Source: Spirochaetia bacterium (GTDB taxonomy: Bacteria > Spirochaetota > Spirochaetia > SZUA-6 > Bin103). From it: a stretch of 64,000 nt of DNA. Both the position numbers and the translations under genes were made by a program. Position 1 is the first letter of the stretch; each line of letters begins with the position of its first letter. Location of the stretch: NCBI GenBank assembly GCA_965198005.1, contig CBDAOI010000003.1, positions 1,088,001 to 1,152,000 of the forward strand. Direction: 5' to 3'. The notes under the pieces are model-generated. The model saw nothing but the letters and a program-made list of their open reading frames with translations, had not been told where the DNA came from and did no database searches. This document shows, piece after piece, positions 29,948 through 38,821 of the stretch.

Positions 29948-31059
29948 GGGCGGAGCGCACCGAGCAGGAGATCGTGCTCTACGTGCGCAGTATCCCGTTT
30001 CTGACGCCGCGCGAGATCGCGGCCACGATCCGCGGCCTGGGCTACGTCGGGCAGGACCGCGCGGTCACGGTGGCGGCGCTGATGGCCCATCGCCACGTGT
30101 CGCGCCTGCGCAAGATCTACCTCGAGGGGGTGAGCCGCGACCTGCTGCCGGCCAAGACCAACCTGCTGCTGGTCGGCCCGACCGGGTGCGGCAAGACCTA
30201 CCTGGTGGAGCTGCTGTTCCGGCACGTGCTGCATCTGCCGACGGTGATCGTGGATCTGACCGGCTACTCCGAGACCGGCTACGTGGGCCAGGACGTCACG
30301 TCGATCCTCACGCGCCTGCTCTATGCCGCCGACCTCAGCCAGGCGGCGACCTCGGTCGGGGTGGTGTGCCTGGACGAGTTCGACAAGGTGGCGTCGGGCC
30401 AGAACAACGCGGTGTTCGCCGGCGCCGGGACCACCAAGGACGTGTCGGGGGTCGGGGTCCAGCGCGAGCTGCTCAAGATGCTCGAGACAGTCGAGGTGGC
30501 GGTGCCGAACGAGCTGTCCCACTCCGAGTACGGCGCGCGCACGCTGCTGTCCACCTCCGACATCGCCTTCATAAGCTGCGGCGCGTTCTCGGGATTCAAG
30601 GGGGTGACCGACGCCGGACGGGCGGAGGGGATCGGCTTCGGCCGCACCGGCGACGCCCGCGACCTGGAGCGGATCGCGGTGTCCTACAGCGAGGACGAGG
30701 TCGGGACCGTGCGCCATTTCCAGAGCTACGGGTTCCTGCCGGAGCTGATCGGCCGCTTCAAGCGCATCGTTCCGTTCCAGGCGCTGTCCGCCGGCCAGCT
30801 CATGCAGATCCTCCGGCAGAACATCCTCAAGCAGTACACCAACGAGTTCCTGTTCGACGAGATTCGGCTGGAGGTGGACGACGACGTCCTGGAGCTGATG
30901 GTCGAGCGGGCGCTGGGCAAGGAGACCGGCGCGCGCGGGCTGGAGGCGGTGTTCATGCGCTGCCTGGAGGACGCCGCGTTCGAGGCGTACTCCGAGCAGG
31001 GCGCGAGCCGTATCCGGCTGCTGCGGCAGGGCGGCGAGGTGACTTTCAAGCTGTCGTGA
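29914..31059 (+). CDS. ClpX-like AAA+ ATPase lacking the N-terminal zinc-binding domain
   Basis: GPTGCGKT, GYVG pore loop, LDEFDK, KDVSGVGVQRELLK, GIGF loop, PELIGRF, GARGL. Confidence 0.85.
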   Translation: MALPRQIRPPRGAERTEQEIVLYVRSIPFLTPREIAATIRGLGYVGQDRAVTVAALMAHRHVSRLRKIYLEGVSRDLLPAKTNLLLVGPTGCGKTYLVELLFRHVLHLPTVIVDLTGYSETGYVGQDVTSILTRLLYAADLSQAATSVGVVCLDEFDKVASGQNNAVFAGAGTTKDVSGVGVQRELLKMLETVEVAVPNELSHSEYGARTLLSTSDIAFISCGAFSGFKGVTDAGRAEGIGFGRTGDARDLERIAVSYSEDEVGTVRHFQSYGFLPELIGRFKRIVPFQALSAGQLMQILRQNILKQYTNEFLFDEIRLEVDDDVLELMVERALGKETGARGLEAVFMRCLEDAAFEAYSEQGASRIRLLRQGGEVTFKLS

Positions 31060-31105
31060 CGACCGGGGGCTGGGGTGGCCGCGCAGCCGGCGCAGGGGGT
31101 GGCGC

Positions 31106-31732
31106 TCAGGCCTCCGCGCCGGCGCTCCGCTCGAGCCAGAGCGCGTCCACCCGGCCGCGGAGTTGTTCCAGCCCGCCGCTGTTGTCGATTACCACGTCGG
31201 CGTAGGGGAGCCGTTCCGCGGGCGTGACCTGGGCGTCGATCACCGCCCGAATGGTCGCCTCCGGCATGCGGCCGCGCGCGCGCACGCGCTCGATCACCTG
31301 CGCTTCCGGCGCGGTGACCACCCAGACTTCGTCGAACATCCGGGTCCACTCAGCCGAGTTCCGGATCGCCTCGACCAGCAGCGGCACCTCCACCACGATG
31401 AGCTGCGCCCCGCGGCCGCGCGCGACGGCGACCTGGTCGCACAGCAGGCGGCGCACCTGGGGATGGACGATGGCGTTCAGCCGGTCGCGGGCCGCGGCGT
31501 CGCGGAACACGGTGGCGGCCAGCCGCGTGCGGGAAATGCTCCCGTCGGGCTCGACCATCTCCGCCCCGAAGGCGGCGACGATCGCGCGCCAGCCGGCGGT
31601 CTTCGGCAGGTACACTTGGTGCGCGGCCGTGTCGGCGTCGATTACCGCGGCCCCCCGTTCAGCGAGCAGACGCGCCACCGCCGACTTGCCGCTGCCGATC
31701 CCGCCGGTCACCCCGATTACCCGGCTCGCCAT
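31106..31732 (-). CDS. coaE: Dephospho-CoA kinase
   Basis: IGVTGGIGSGKS, IDAD, LNAIVHP, EVPLL, ADVVIDNSG. Confidence 0.93.
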   Translation of the reverse strand: MASRVIGVTGGIGSGKSAVARLLAERGAAVIDADTAAHQVYLPKTAGWRAIVAAFGAEMVEPDGSISRTRLAATVFRDAAARDRLNAIVHPQVRRLLCDQVAVARGRGAQLIVVEVPLLVEAIRNSAEWTRMFDEVWVVTAPEAQVIERVRARGRMPEATIRAVIDAQVTPAERLPYADVVIDNSGGLEQLRGRVDALWLERSAGAEA

Positions 31733-31927
31733 CGTCCGCGTGTGATCCTCCTCCAAAGCCCGCGGCCGCTCATACTCGGCTTTGGGCAGGATACTGAAAG
31801 CGGCCCGCCCTGCACAAACCCCGACATCCGCCTGCCGCGCTCGCCGAGAACTGCCGCTACGGGATCGACTGTCAGGTTTCGGAAGCTACTGCAAGCCGGT
31901 GACCGTTCGGCGAGAGAAGATGCCGGT

Positions 31928-33163
31928 CTACTCGTAGCGCAGGACGTGGGCGACGCTCATGCGGGCGGTGCGCAGTACCGGGACCAGCGTGGCGCCGGCG
32001 GTCATCAGCAGCGTGATGGCGGCCGGGACCAGGAAGTAGCGCAGTTCCAGGTCGATGAAGAAGGGCACGGCGAGGTTGCTGCCGATCGGGACGAAGCTGA
32101 TCTCCAGGGCGTTGATGACGGCGCCGGCAGCGAGCCCGAGGCCCAGCGCCGCCGCGGCGCCGAGCAGGTAGGTGGCCAGCGCCTCCACCAGCAACAGCAG
32201 CAGCACCTGCGCGCGGGTGGTGCCGATGGCGCGCAGCGATCCCAGCTCGCGCAGGCGCTCCAGGAAGGCTACCGATACGATGGCGAAGATGGCGACCATG
32301 GAGAGCAGGGTGATGACCGCGATCGCGAACGTGAACAGCAGATCGTAGAACGACTTGAGCTGGTCGTAGAAGTCCTGTACCTCCCGCCAGCTCGACACGG
32401 CCACCGGCAGCCCGGCCTGCTTGAGCTGCCGGCGGAGGCGCTCCTGCACCGCGTCCAGGTCTCGTTCCCACCGTTCCGGGCGCAGGAACAGCAGCATCCG
32501 GTGCGCGCCCGCGGTATCCAGCAGCCGGCGCGCGAACGGCAGCGGCACGTAGATCGCGTACGCGTCGTTGATGCTGCTGCCGGTGCGGACGATTCCCTTC
32601 ATCTGCAGGTCCGCGGTCCTCTCCGCGCCGGCCACGCTATGCACGAACAGCGTCGCCCGGCGGTCCGGTGTGTCCGGCGTGACGGCCAGTTGCCGGGCCA
32701 CGCCCTCGCCGAGGATGGCCGCGGCGGCGTCGCCGGAGGTCAGGTCGTGCCCTGCCACCAGCAGCCGCCGGCTCGCGGCGCCGCGGTTCAACCGATCGGT
32801 CTGCACGCCTACTGCGGCCACGCCGGTGCTCCGTTCGCCGGCCTGCAGCAATCCCCCGAACAACAGCTCTCTGCTCGTGGTCCGCAGTTCGGGAAGCTCT
32901 GCAACCAGGCGCTCGACCCGGGCCAGTACGTCGCCGGACATGAGGGGTTGGGCGCTCGGGCTGGCGTGCTGGTAGTCGGCGTGATGGAGCTGCAGGTCGC
33001 CGGCCTGGTTGCGGATTCCGAAGCTGAGGATGGAGTAGAGACCCTGCAGGTAGGCGTGACTCAGGAACAGCAGCCCGGTCCCGAGCGCAATGATCAGCAC
33101 CGCGGCCACGGTGCGGCGCAGGTTGTGCACCACGTTGAGCAGTGCGGAGATGACCAGCGCCAC
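31928..33163 (-). CDS. ABC transporter permease (FtsX/MacB/LolE family)
   Basis: TM helix, periplasmic domain, then ERLRELGSLRAIG and three more TM helices. Confidence 0.88.
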   Translation of the reverse strand: MALVISALLNVVHNLRRTVAAVLIIALGTGLLFLSHAYLQGLYSILSFGIRNQAGDLQLHHADYQHASPSAQPLMSGDVLARVERLVAELPELRTTSRELLFGGLLQAGERSTGVAAVGVQTDRLNRGAASRRLLVAGHDLTSGDAAAAILGEGVARQLAVTPDTPDRRATLFVHSVAGAERTADLQMKGIVRTGSSINDAYAIYVPLPFARRLLDTAGAHRMLLFLRPERWERDLDAVQERLRRQLKQAGLPVAVSSWREVQDFYDQLKSFYDLLFTFAIAVITLLSMVAIFAIVSVAFLERLRELGSLRAIGTTRAQVLLLLLVEALATYLLGAAAALGLGLAAGAVINALEISFVPIGSNLAVPFFIDLELRYFLVPAAITLLMTAGATLVPVLRTARMSVAHVLRYE

Positions 33164-33165
33164 GC

Positions 33166-33870
33166 CTACGCGGTCCGTTCCCGCAGCAGGCCGTCGCGCA
33201 TCTGCAACAGCCGGTCGGTGGGTTCCACCAGCGAGCGGTCGTGGGTGACCATCACGAAGGTGCGTCCCTCGGCGCGCTGCTGTTCGCGCAGCAGGGCGTA
33301 GATGCGCCGCGACCAGTGCGCGTCCAGACTGCCGGTTATCTCGTCGCCCAGCACCACCTCCGGCTCCCCGACCAGGGCGCGGGCGATGGCGACCCGCTGC
33401 CGCTGCCCCGCGGACACGGCGCTGACCCGGCGCGCAAGCAGATCCCCGATCTCCAGGAGGTCGGCGATCCGCTGTACGCGGCGCCGGCGCTCGCGCCGGG
33501 GGATGCGCGCCAGCAGCAGCGGAAACTCGAGGTTGCGATAGCAGCTCATCAGCGGCACCAGTTCGAAGCTCTGCAGCACCACCGCCAGGGCGCGCCGCCG
33601 CAACCGGGTGCGCTGAGCGTCCGTGTAGCTGCGCAACTCCCGGCCCCGGTAAAGGATCCGGCCCTCGTCGACGGTTTCGAGGCCGCTCAGCACGTTGAGC
33701 AGGGTGCTCTTGCCGCTGCCGGACGGACCGAGCACGACCGCGAAGTCGCCGCGCCGCACGGTGAGGTCCACGCCGCGCAGCGCCGCCACCGCGCCGGTCT
33801 TGCTGCGGTAGCTTCTGGTGGCGCGCCGTGCCTCCAGCAGCGGTGGCGGCGCGTGGCTGCTCCCCGTCAC
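33166..33870 (-). CDS. ABC transporter ATP-binding protein (LolD-like)
   Basis: GPSGSGKST, VSAGQRQRVAIARAL, DEITGSLD, VTHD. Confidence 0.9.
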   Translation of the reverse strand: MTGSSHAPPPLLEARRATRSYRSKTGAVAALRGVDLTVRRGDFAVVLGPSGSGKSTLLNVLSGLETVDEGRILYRGRELRSYTDAQRTRLRRRALAVVLQSFELVPLMSCYRNLEFPLLLARIPRRERRRRVQRIADLLEIGDLLARRVSAVSAGQRQRVAIARALVGEPEVVLGDEITGSLDAHWSRRIYALLREQQRAEGRTFVMVTHDRSLVEPTDRLLQMRDGLLRERTA

Positions 33871-34679
33871 TGCAATCGCTCCAGGTACGGCACCGGGTCG
33901 TCGCCGGCGGCCAGGGCGCGGGCTGTGGCCACGGCCGGTGGGAAGCCGGGAGCGAATTCCAGCACCTGCCCGATCACCTCCGCTGCCCGCTCCGGTTCGC
34001 CGAGCTGGTCGTAGGTCACGCTGAGCCAGACGCCCGCGACCGCCCGCAGCGCCGGTGCGCCGCCGGCGAACGCCGTGCGGAAGTGCTTGACCGCCAGCTT
34101 GCGGTCGCCGCCGAAGGCTTCGGGCGCGTTGGCGAAGGTGAAGCCGAGATTGAGGTGCGCCAACTGGTGGTCCGGATCGAGGCGCAGCGCAGTGGTGGTC
34201 GCCCGCTTGGCGGCGCGCGCGTGGAGCATGGCGCTGGCCGGGTGGGCGGCGATCTTCTGGCCCAGGATGGCGCCGTGCAGCGCGAAGCCGTCGGCGAACC
34301 GGACGTTCCGTTCCACGAACCGCTTGATCTGCTTCAGCGCGCGGTCCAGGTAGCCGGCGCGGGCGTCGCCGTCGGTGCCGGCCAGCCGATGGTAGGCGTC
34401 GTACTCGATGCGGGCGCGCATATAATGGTAGGCGGCGGGATCGCCGTGCAGCTCTTCGCTCCGTTCGCGCCAGCGCTGCACGTCATCCGTGACCTGCGCC
34501 GGATCGGGGGCGGGAGCGGCCGCCCGAGCGAACCCCTCCGCTTGCGCACGTTCATACTCGGCCAGCATCTGCGCCGCCGGCGGCGAGGGAGCGTACTCGT
34601 GCAGCTCCCCGGCGCCGCCCGCGAACCCGGCCGCCGCGCCGGCCAGCAGCAAAACCAGAACGGAGGTGTACATTTTCAT
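33867..34679 (-). CDS. Secreted TPR-like repeat protein
   Basis: Signal peptide, ALRLDPDH..AHLNLG, APEAFGGD helical repeats; GAGGAG RBS. Confidence 0.7.
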   Translation of the reverse strand: MKMYTSVLVLLLAGAAAGFAGGAGELHEYAPSPPAAQMLAEYERAQAEGFARAAAPAPDPAQVTDDVQRWRERSEELHGDPAAYHYMRARIEYDAYHRLAGTDGDARAGYLDRALKQIKRFVERNVRFADGFALHGAILGQKIAAHPASAMLHARAAKRATTTALRLDPDHQLAHLNLGFTFANAPEAFGGDRKLAVKHFRTAFAGGAPALRAVAGVWLSVTYDQLGEPERAAEVIGQVLEFAPGFPPAVATARALAAGDDPVPYLERLQ

Positions 34680-34694
34680 CGTTCGTCTCCTCAT

Positions 34695-35021
34695 CTACCG
34701 CCCGCGTCCGATCAGGCGGGTCAGATTTTCGACGTGCCGTGCCAGATGCTGCTGGCCGGTGGCGGTCAGTTGATACCAGGTCACCGGGCGCCGGTCGCGG
34801 TAGGTCTTGTCGATCGCCAGGTATCCGGCATCCTCCAGCTTGCGCAGGTGGGTGCCCAGACTGCCGTCCTTCTCTTCCAGCACTTGCTTCAGGCGGCTGA
34901 ACGACATCGCGTCGTACTTGGACAGCAGCACGCAGATCGCCAGCCGGACCCGATGCTGGAGCAGGCCGTTCAGCGCCGCCAGCTCATCCAGGCTGGGAAC
35001 CTCGGGATCAGTGGGCGGCAT
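34695..35021 (-). CDS. Winged-helix transcriptional regulator (HTH_34/MarR-like)
   Basis: RVRLAICVLL...FSRLK...DGSLGTHLRKLEDAGY...RPVTWYQLT..G. Confidence 0.88.
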   Translation of the reverse strand: MPPTDPEVPSLDELAALNGLLQHRVRLAICVLLSKYDAMSFSRLKQVLEEKDGSLGTHLRKLEDAGYLAIDKTYRDRRPVTWYQLTATGQQHLARHVENLTRLIGRGR

Positions 35022-35577
35022 CGCGCGCCCGCGCTCCGAGGACCGCCTGCCAGACGAGTGCCACGGCCATGAGGACGCCGGCCAGGGTCCACTGGTACCC
35101 CGGTATGAACAAGGTCACCAGGTAGCACGCGCCGAGCACCCCGCCGATCGCCAGCATCCGGCGGTCCACGTACAGCCCCGCGTGAAAGTAGGACAGGGCC
35201 AGCAGCAGCACCACGAGCGAGCCGAACCCGGACCACGGCAGATGCCCGGCTGCAACCAGGGCAGCACCGAGCGCGCCGGCCACCATGAACGCCAGCCAGT
35301 GCAGGCCCCAGCGCACGCCGATCTGTCGGTTTCCCTGCCCGGCGTGGCGACTGGCGCGATAGCCGAGCCAGCCGGAGACGCAGAACCCGACCGGACCTGC
35401 CACCAGCCAGAATCGCCCGATCCACCGGGGATCGGCCACAAAGTCCGCCAGCGCGAAGCCGCACAGCCCGATCACTGCCCACAGCACGTAGATCGACGGG
35501 ATCGATCCGGCTCCCGCCCGTTCCGCCGCCGCCCGCACGTACGCGATGTCTTCCTTGAGGTTGTCGGTAGTAGTCAC
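35008..35577 (-). CDS. Multi-pass membrane protein
   Basis: About six hydrophobic segments; AGGAGG RBS before GTG 35577; first gene of the operon. Confidence 0.75.
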   Translation of the reverse strand: MTTTDNLKEDIAYVRAAAERAGAGSIPSIYVLWAVIGLCGFALADFVADPRWIGRFWLVAGPVGFCVSGWLGYRASRHAGQGNRQIGVRWGLHWLAFMVAGALGAALVAAGHLPWSGFGSLVVLLLALSYFHAGLYVDRRMLAIGGVLGACYLVTLFIPGYQWTLAGVLMAVALVWQAVLGARARDAAH

Positions 35578-35623
35578 TCTGTTCCTCCTGACTCTCGAAC
35601 CAAGATAGCTCTCCAAACACGTG

Positions 35624-35642
35624 TACTCTATAAATTAGAGTA
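35624..35642. promoter_or_regulatory. Palindromic operator TACTCTA-N5-TAGAGTA upstream of the wHTH/ABC operon
   Basis: Perfect 7-5-7 inverted repeat in an AT-rich promoter region. Confidence 0.6.
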
Positions 35643-35984
35643 AACGCCTTGACCAGTCAATCGGAAAATCAACCGCCGATCACCAGCATCCGGCCCGGTC
35701 GGACCAGTCGCGGGCGGTGCCGTCGAAGCAGGCGAGGGCGCGCCGGAACCCGTCCTTGCCGATGCGCGCGCCGATGCGGCGGCCGGGCCGATTCGTCCAT
35801 GCGCGGATGGCTGCCGCCGTAAAGGCGCGAGATGGTTGCTAACTGATTCACCAGCAATCAGTTACAAGAATTCCTGCTGGTTGGGCCGTGCGGTGCTTGC
35901 CCGCCACGGGAGGAGTCGTTACCATTGGGCCCGGCAATCATGGGCCAACATGTGGGCAAGTATGGTGGATGGCTCCGTATGCGT

Positions 35985-36169
35985 CCGGATGGAGCAATTC
36001 CAAGGGGACCCAAGGCGTTGCTGGAGAAGTACGGCTGGAGCGACACGCTCGTCCTGCAAGAAGTGGACGAGGGCGTCGTGCTTCACGGCCGGGCGTCGGA
36101 CAGGCCATGGCGGCAGAGCGCGAAGTTTGGAACGATCTGGAGGTTACCGTCGCGGATGGTCTGGATTGA
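35985..36169 (+). pseudogene. AbrB/MazE-family antitoxin, frameshifted remnant
   Basis: Pieces in alternating frames: SNSKG / PKALLEKYGWSDTLVLQEVDEGVVL / AMAAEREVWNDLEVTVADGLD*. Confidence 0.65.
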
Positions 36170-36261
36170 TGGCGAAGTTCCCACGCCGATACGCCATCTA
36201 CCTTGCCGACCTCAATCAGCCGCGATGCGATGACGGTAGTCGTGCCACGCGGTGGACGTGA
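36169..36261 (+). pseudogene. PemK/MazF toxin N-terminal stub
   Basis: MAKFPRRYAIYLADLN coupled by TGATG to the antitoxin, then unrelated sequence. Confidence 0.6.
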
Positions 36262-36350
36262 TCGCGCAACGTCTGCGCCGGGCGCGCGGGGTGGCGGCCG
36301 GGCGCGCTACCACCGCCGAGGTGATGCGGCTCACGCGTGGGGATGACTGA
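36260..36350 (+). pseudogene. C-terminal remnant of an AbrB/VapB antitoxin
   Basis: IAQRLRRARGVAAGRATTAEVMRLTRGDD* overlapping a PIN toxin start. Confidence 0.5.
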
Positions 36351-36537
36351 GGTGGTGCTGGTCGATACCAACGTCCTGCTTGACTTGTTTACCAATGATC
36401 CGCAGTGGCGCAATTGGTCCGAACGCGCCCTGGCCGGCGCATTCATGACCGATGGCGTGGGCATCAACCAGATCGTGTACGCGGAAGTCTCGTTGGCCTT
36501 CGACGACGCGGAGAGTGCGGTAGACATAGTCAGTTAA
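36343..36537 (+). pseudogene. VapC/PIN toxin, truncated
   Basis: VLVDTNVLLD...INQIVYAEVS; only 64 codons, C-terminal acidic residues missing. Confidence 0.75.
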
Positions 36538-36541
36538 CTGA
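36530..36541. promoter_or_regulatory. Palindrome TCAGTTAACTGA, putative antitoxin operator
   Basis: Perfect 12-bp palindrome ending 14 nt before the phd-family start. Confidence 0.5.
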
Positions 36542-36555
36542 TCTGCTATAAGACT

Positions 36556-36804
36556 ATGAATCAGATCAATATCGCTGAGGCGAAGGCTCGTCTGTCGTAT
36601 TACCTCGACAGAGTAGGCAAGGGTGAAACGGTGCTCATCTGTCGTCGGAACGTCCCGATAGCCGAGCTGCGGCCGATTCCGGCCCCACTGCGTCAGCCGC
36701 GTCCCGTGGGGATCGATCGGGGCATGACGATCCCGGACAGCTTCTTCGACCCGTTGCCTGACGACCTGCTTGACGCCTTCGAGGGAAGGGGTGAATCAGG
36801 GTGA
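36556..36804 (+). CDS. Phd/YefM-family antitoxin
   Basis: INIAEAKARLSYYLDRVGKGETVLICRRNVPIAEL...FFDPLPDD. Confidence 0.9.
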   Translation: MNQINIAEAKARLSYYLDRVGKGETVLICRRNVPIAELRPIPAPLRQPRPVGIDRGMTIPDSFFDPLPDDLLDAFEGRGESG

Positions 36805-37088
36805 GACTCTTGCTCGATACCTGCACGTTTCTCTGGCTGGCGGCTGACGACGCCCGGCTGACGCCGCGTGCCCGGAGCACATGCCGCAGTCCCGACAACG
36901 ACGTGTTTCTCAGCGCGCTCTGTGCGTGGGAGATCGCGATCAAGCATCGGCTTGGGCGCTTGCCACTGCCCGCGTCGCCCGTGCGTTACGTGGTGAGTCG
37001 GCGCGAGGCGCTCCGGATCGAGCCGCTGAGTTTCGACGAATCCAGCGCCGTCCACGAAGGGCTGCTGCCGCCGCATCACCGTGATCCT
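36801..37088 (+). pseudogene. VapC/PIN toxin with replaced C-terminus
   Basis: MRLLLDTCTFLW...WEIAIK...LPPHHRDP, but the expected FDR-x-LIAQA is absent; the frame runs into unrelated/duplicated DNA to 37298. Confidence 0.8.
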
Positions 37089-37123
37089 ATGGTAGTGCAA
37101 CTCGGCGACCTGGAGTTCACAAC

Positions 37124-37207
37124 TACCCCAACCGTGCTACCCTGGGCGAAGGCACGCAGGCACACCGGCAGCCATGGCACTTCCGCGACAGATTCGTCCG
37201 CCCCGGG
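37124..37207. repeat. Direct repeat copy 2: upstream region plus first 11 codons of the ClpX-like gene
   Basis: Matches 29863-29947. Confidence 0.9.
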
Positions 37208-37311
37208 CTGCAGTCGCCACTCGATCCCCCCTCGTTGGCCTCGAACTGGTGCTCGGCGCCCACTTGGCATCATCGATTATAGACCTTCGCCAGTGTAGCA
37301 CGCGCAACAGG

Positions 37312-37327
37312 GCTATACTTGTATAGC
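37312..37327. promoter_or_regulatory. Palindrome GCTATAC-TT-GTATAGC, putative RHH antitoxin operator
   Basis: Perfect 7-2-7 inverted repeat next to a GAGGAGG RBS. Confidence 0.6.
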
Positions 37328-37341
37328 GAGGAGGCGGACCG

Positions 37342-37554
37342 ATGCTGGCGCTCAGGTTGCCTGAGGATGTGGAATCTCGACTTGAGGAACTGGCCAGGCG
37401 CACTGGCCGGACGAAGTCATACTATGCACGGGAAGCGATCGTTGAGCATTTGGCCGACCTGGAAGAGTTATATCTGGCCGAGGCGGAATTGGAAGCGATC
37501 AGGAAAGGAGCGAAGACTTACCCGCTAAGCGACGTGGAGCGGGACCTTGGCTGA
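37342..37554 (+). CDS. Ribbon-helix-helix antitoxin (RelB/DUF6290-like), orphan
   Basis: MLALRLPEDVESRLEELARRTGRTKSYYAREAI...LEELYLAE. Confidence 0.85.
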   Translation: MLALRLPEDVESRLEELARRTGRTKSYYAREAIVEHLADLEELYLAEAELEAIRKGAKTYPLSDVERDLG

Positions 37555-37771
37555 GGACATGGCGGTGCGGGCCGGCGGGCAGGTGTACCTGTTCGAGTTC
37601 AAGGTGGTGGAGATGGAGCCGGAGGGGAGTGCGCTGGCGCAGCTTCAGAGCCGGGACTACGCGGCCAAGTACCGCCACCTGGGCGAGCCCATCCACCTGG
37701 TGGGGGTGGAGTTCAGCCGCGCCACGCGCAACGTGACCGCGTTCGCGGTGTTCGCGGTGGCGCCGGGCTGA
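37547..37771 (+). pseudogene. C-terminal PD-(D/E)XK nuclease fragment of an AAA-ATPase-like family
   Basis: DMAV...YLFEFK...ALAQL...YAAKY...IHLVGVEFS. Confidence 0.7.
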
Positions 37772-37907
37772 CTAGCAGCCCGTGGCCTTATAGCACATCG
37801 TAGAATAGGCCTTGGTACAGGAACGCAGGTCGGATCGCTTCACAGTCGCGCTCGCTCACTCCGGCGCGCCGCATCTCGGAATGCCATCCTGCGCGCATCG
37901 GCCCGAT

Positions 37908-38544
37908 TCAGACGATCGGCCGCCTGCCGCTGATCGGTCTCAAGATCTTCACATTCGTGCTTAGGCACAGCCGGCTTCGTTCACGAAGCGCCGCATACCC
38001 GTCGGCCCAAATTTTTTTCAGTTCAGGATCGGAGGGTTCGGAGGAAACATCTCGCGTTTGCTCCCAATGGGCCATGTCATCGTACCGCGTCATCAGATAG
38101 ATGCGTCTTTCAGGCGCGATGATCGATATCCACTCTCCCAGCGGCATCTGCCTTAAGCCCTTTTCAGCCCAGTGCCACCAGCGCTCTTCAGACAGGTACA
38201 CCAGCCGGTCAACGTCGTTGTCACGGACCTCGAACGTCCTTACCGTGTAGATCCCCGGGTCATCTGACGTATCAGACCTCGTCGGATACCGCCGCGTTAG
38301 AAGCCGCAAAGCGATCACGTCCGTATCTTTGACCAGCGCGGCGCGTCCCGAGGAAGCGTCTGAAAGGCTTTCCCAGTTGCGTGTTTCCTGCCACTTGGCG
38401 AGGCTGTCGTAGCTGGTCATCGCCAAGATTGTTTCCGGACCGCCCATAACGACCGACCAGAGCCCAAGGGGTCTCCTCGCTAATGTTGACAAACTCGGCG
38501 TAATCCTTCCGCTCGACATGAAAGGTTTGCAGGGTAAAGATCAT
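37908..38544 (-). pseudogene. Two-domain NIPSNAP-like protein with deletion/frameshift near 38480
   Basis: Internal repeat IFTLQTFHV..SEE/PLGLW..TSYDSLAKWQETR versus IYTVRTFEV..SEE..PLGEW..TRYDDMAHWEQTR; the first copy is split across frames. Confidence 0.6.
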
Positions 38545-38821
38545 GTTTGCGCTCCTCTTTCTTTTCAATTTCTGTCGCTCCCATTCAAGTGAGCGTGACC
38601 GGAAGTCGCGCTTGGCGCTACATCCCCCAGACCGTGACCGGCACGCCAGCTCCCGACGGCTCGCGGCTGATCGGGTAGACTCGGGTTGATCAACACTCGT
38701 CCGGTGGTACAACCTAAACGACCAGCGCGACCAGCGGGATCGGGGTCGTCTCGAGAGTTGGGCTGGGGTACTGCCTGCCGATTCACCATGGGTGGCCACG
38801 TTGGGACGCTGAGGTGCAACG

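Noticed and set aside
28741-30717. Long mutual overlap of the hrpA and clpX-like ORFs
   Set aside because: High-GC open-frame extension; plausible starts are 29853 (-) and 29914 (+), which are divergent and do not overlap
38660-38760. Possible degenerate transposase shard (LVRWYNL...SGIG)
   Set aside because: Only a few residues across broken frames; not supportable without a search
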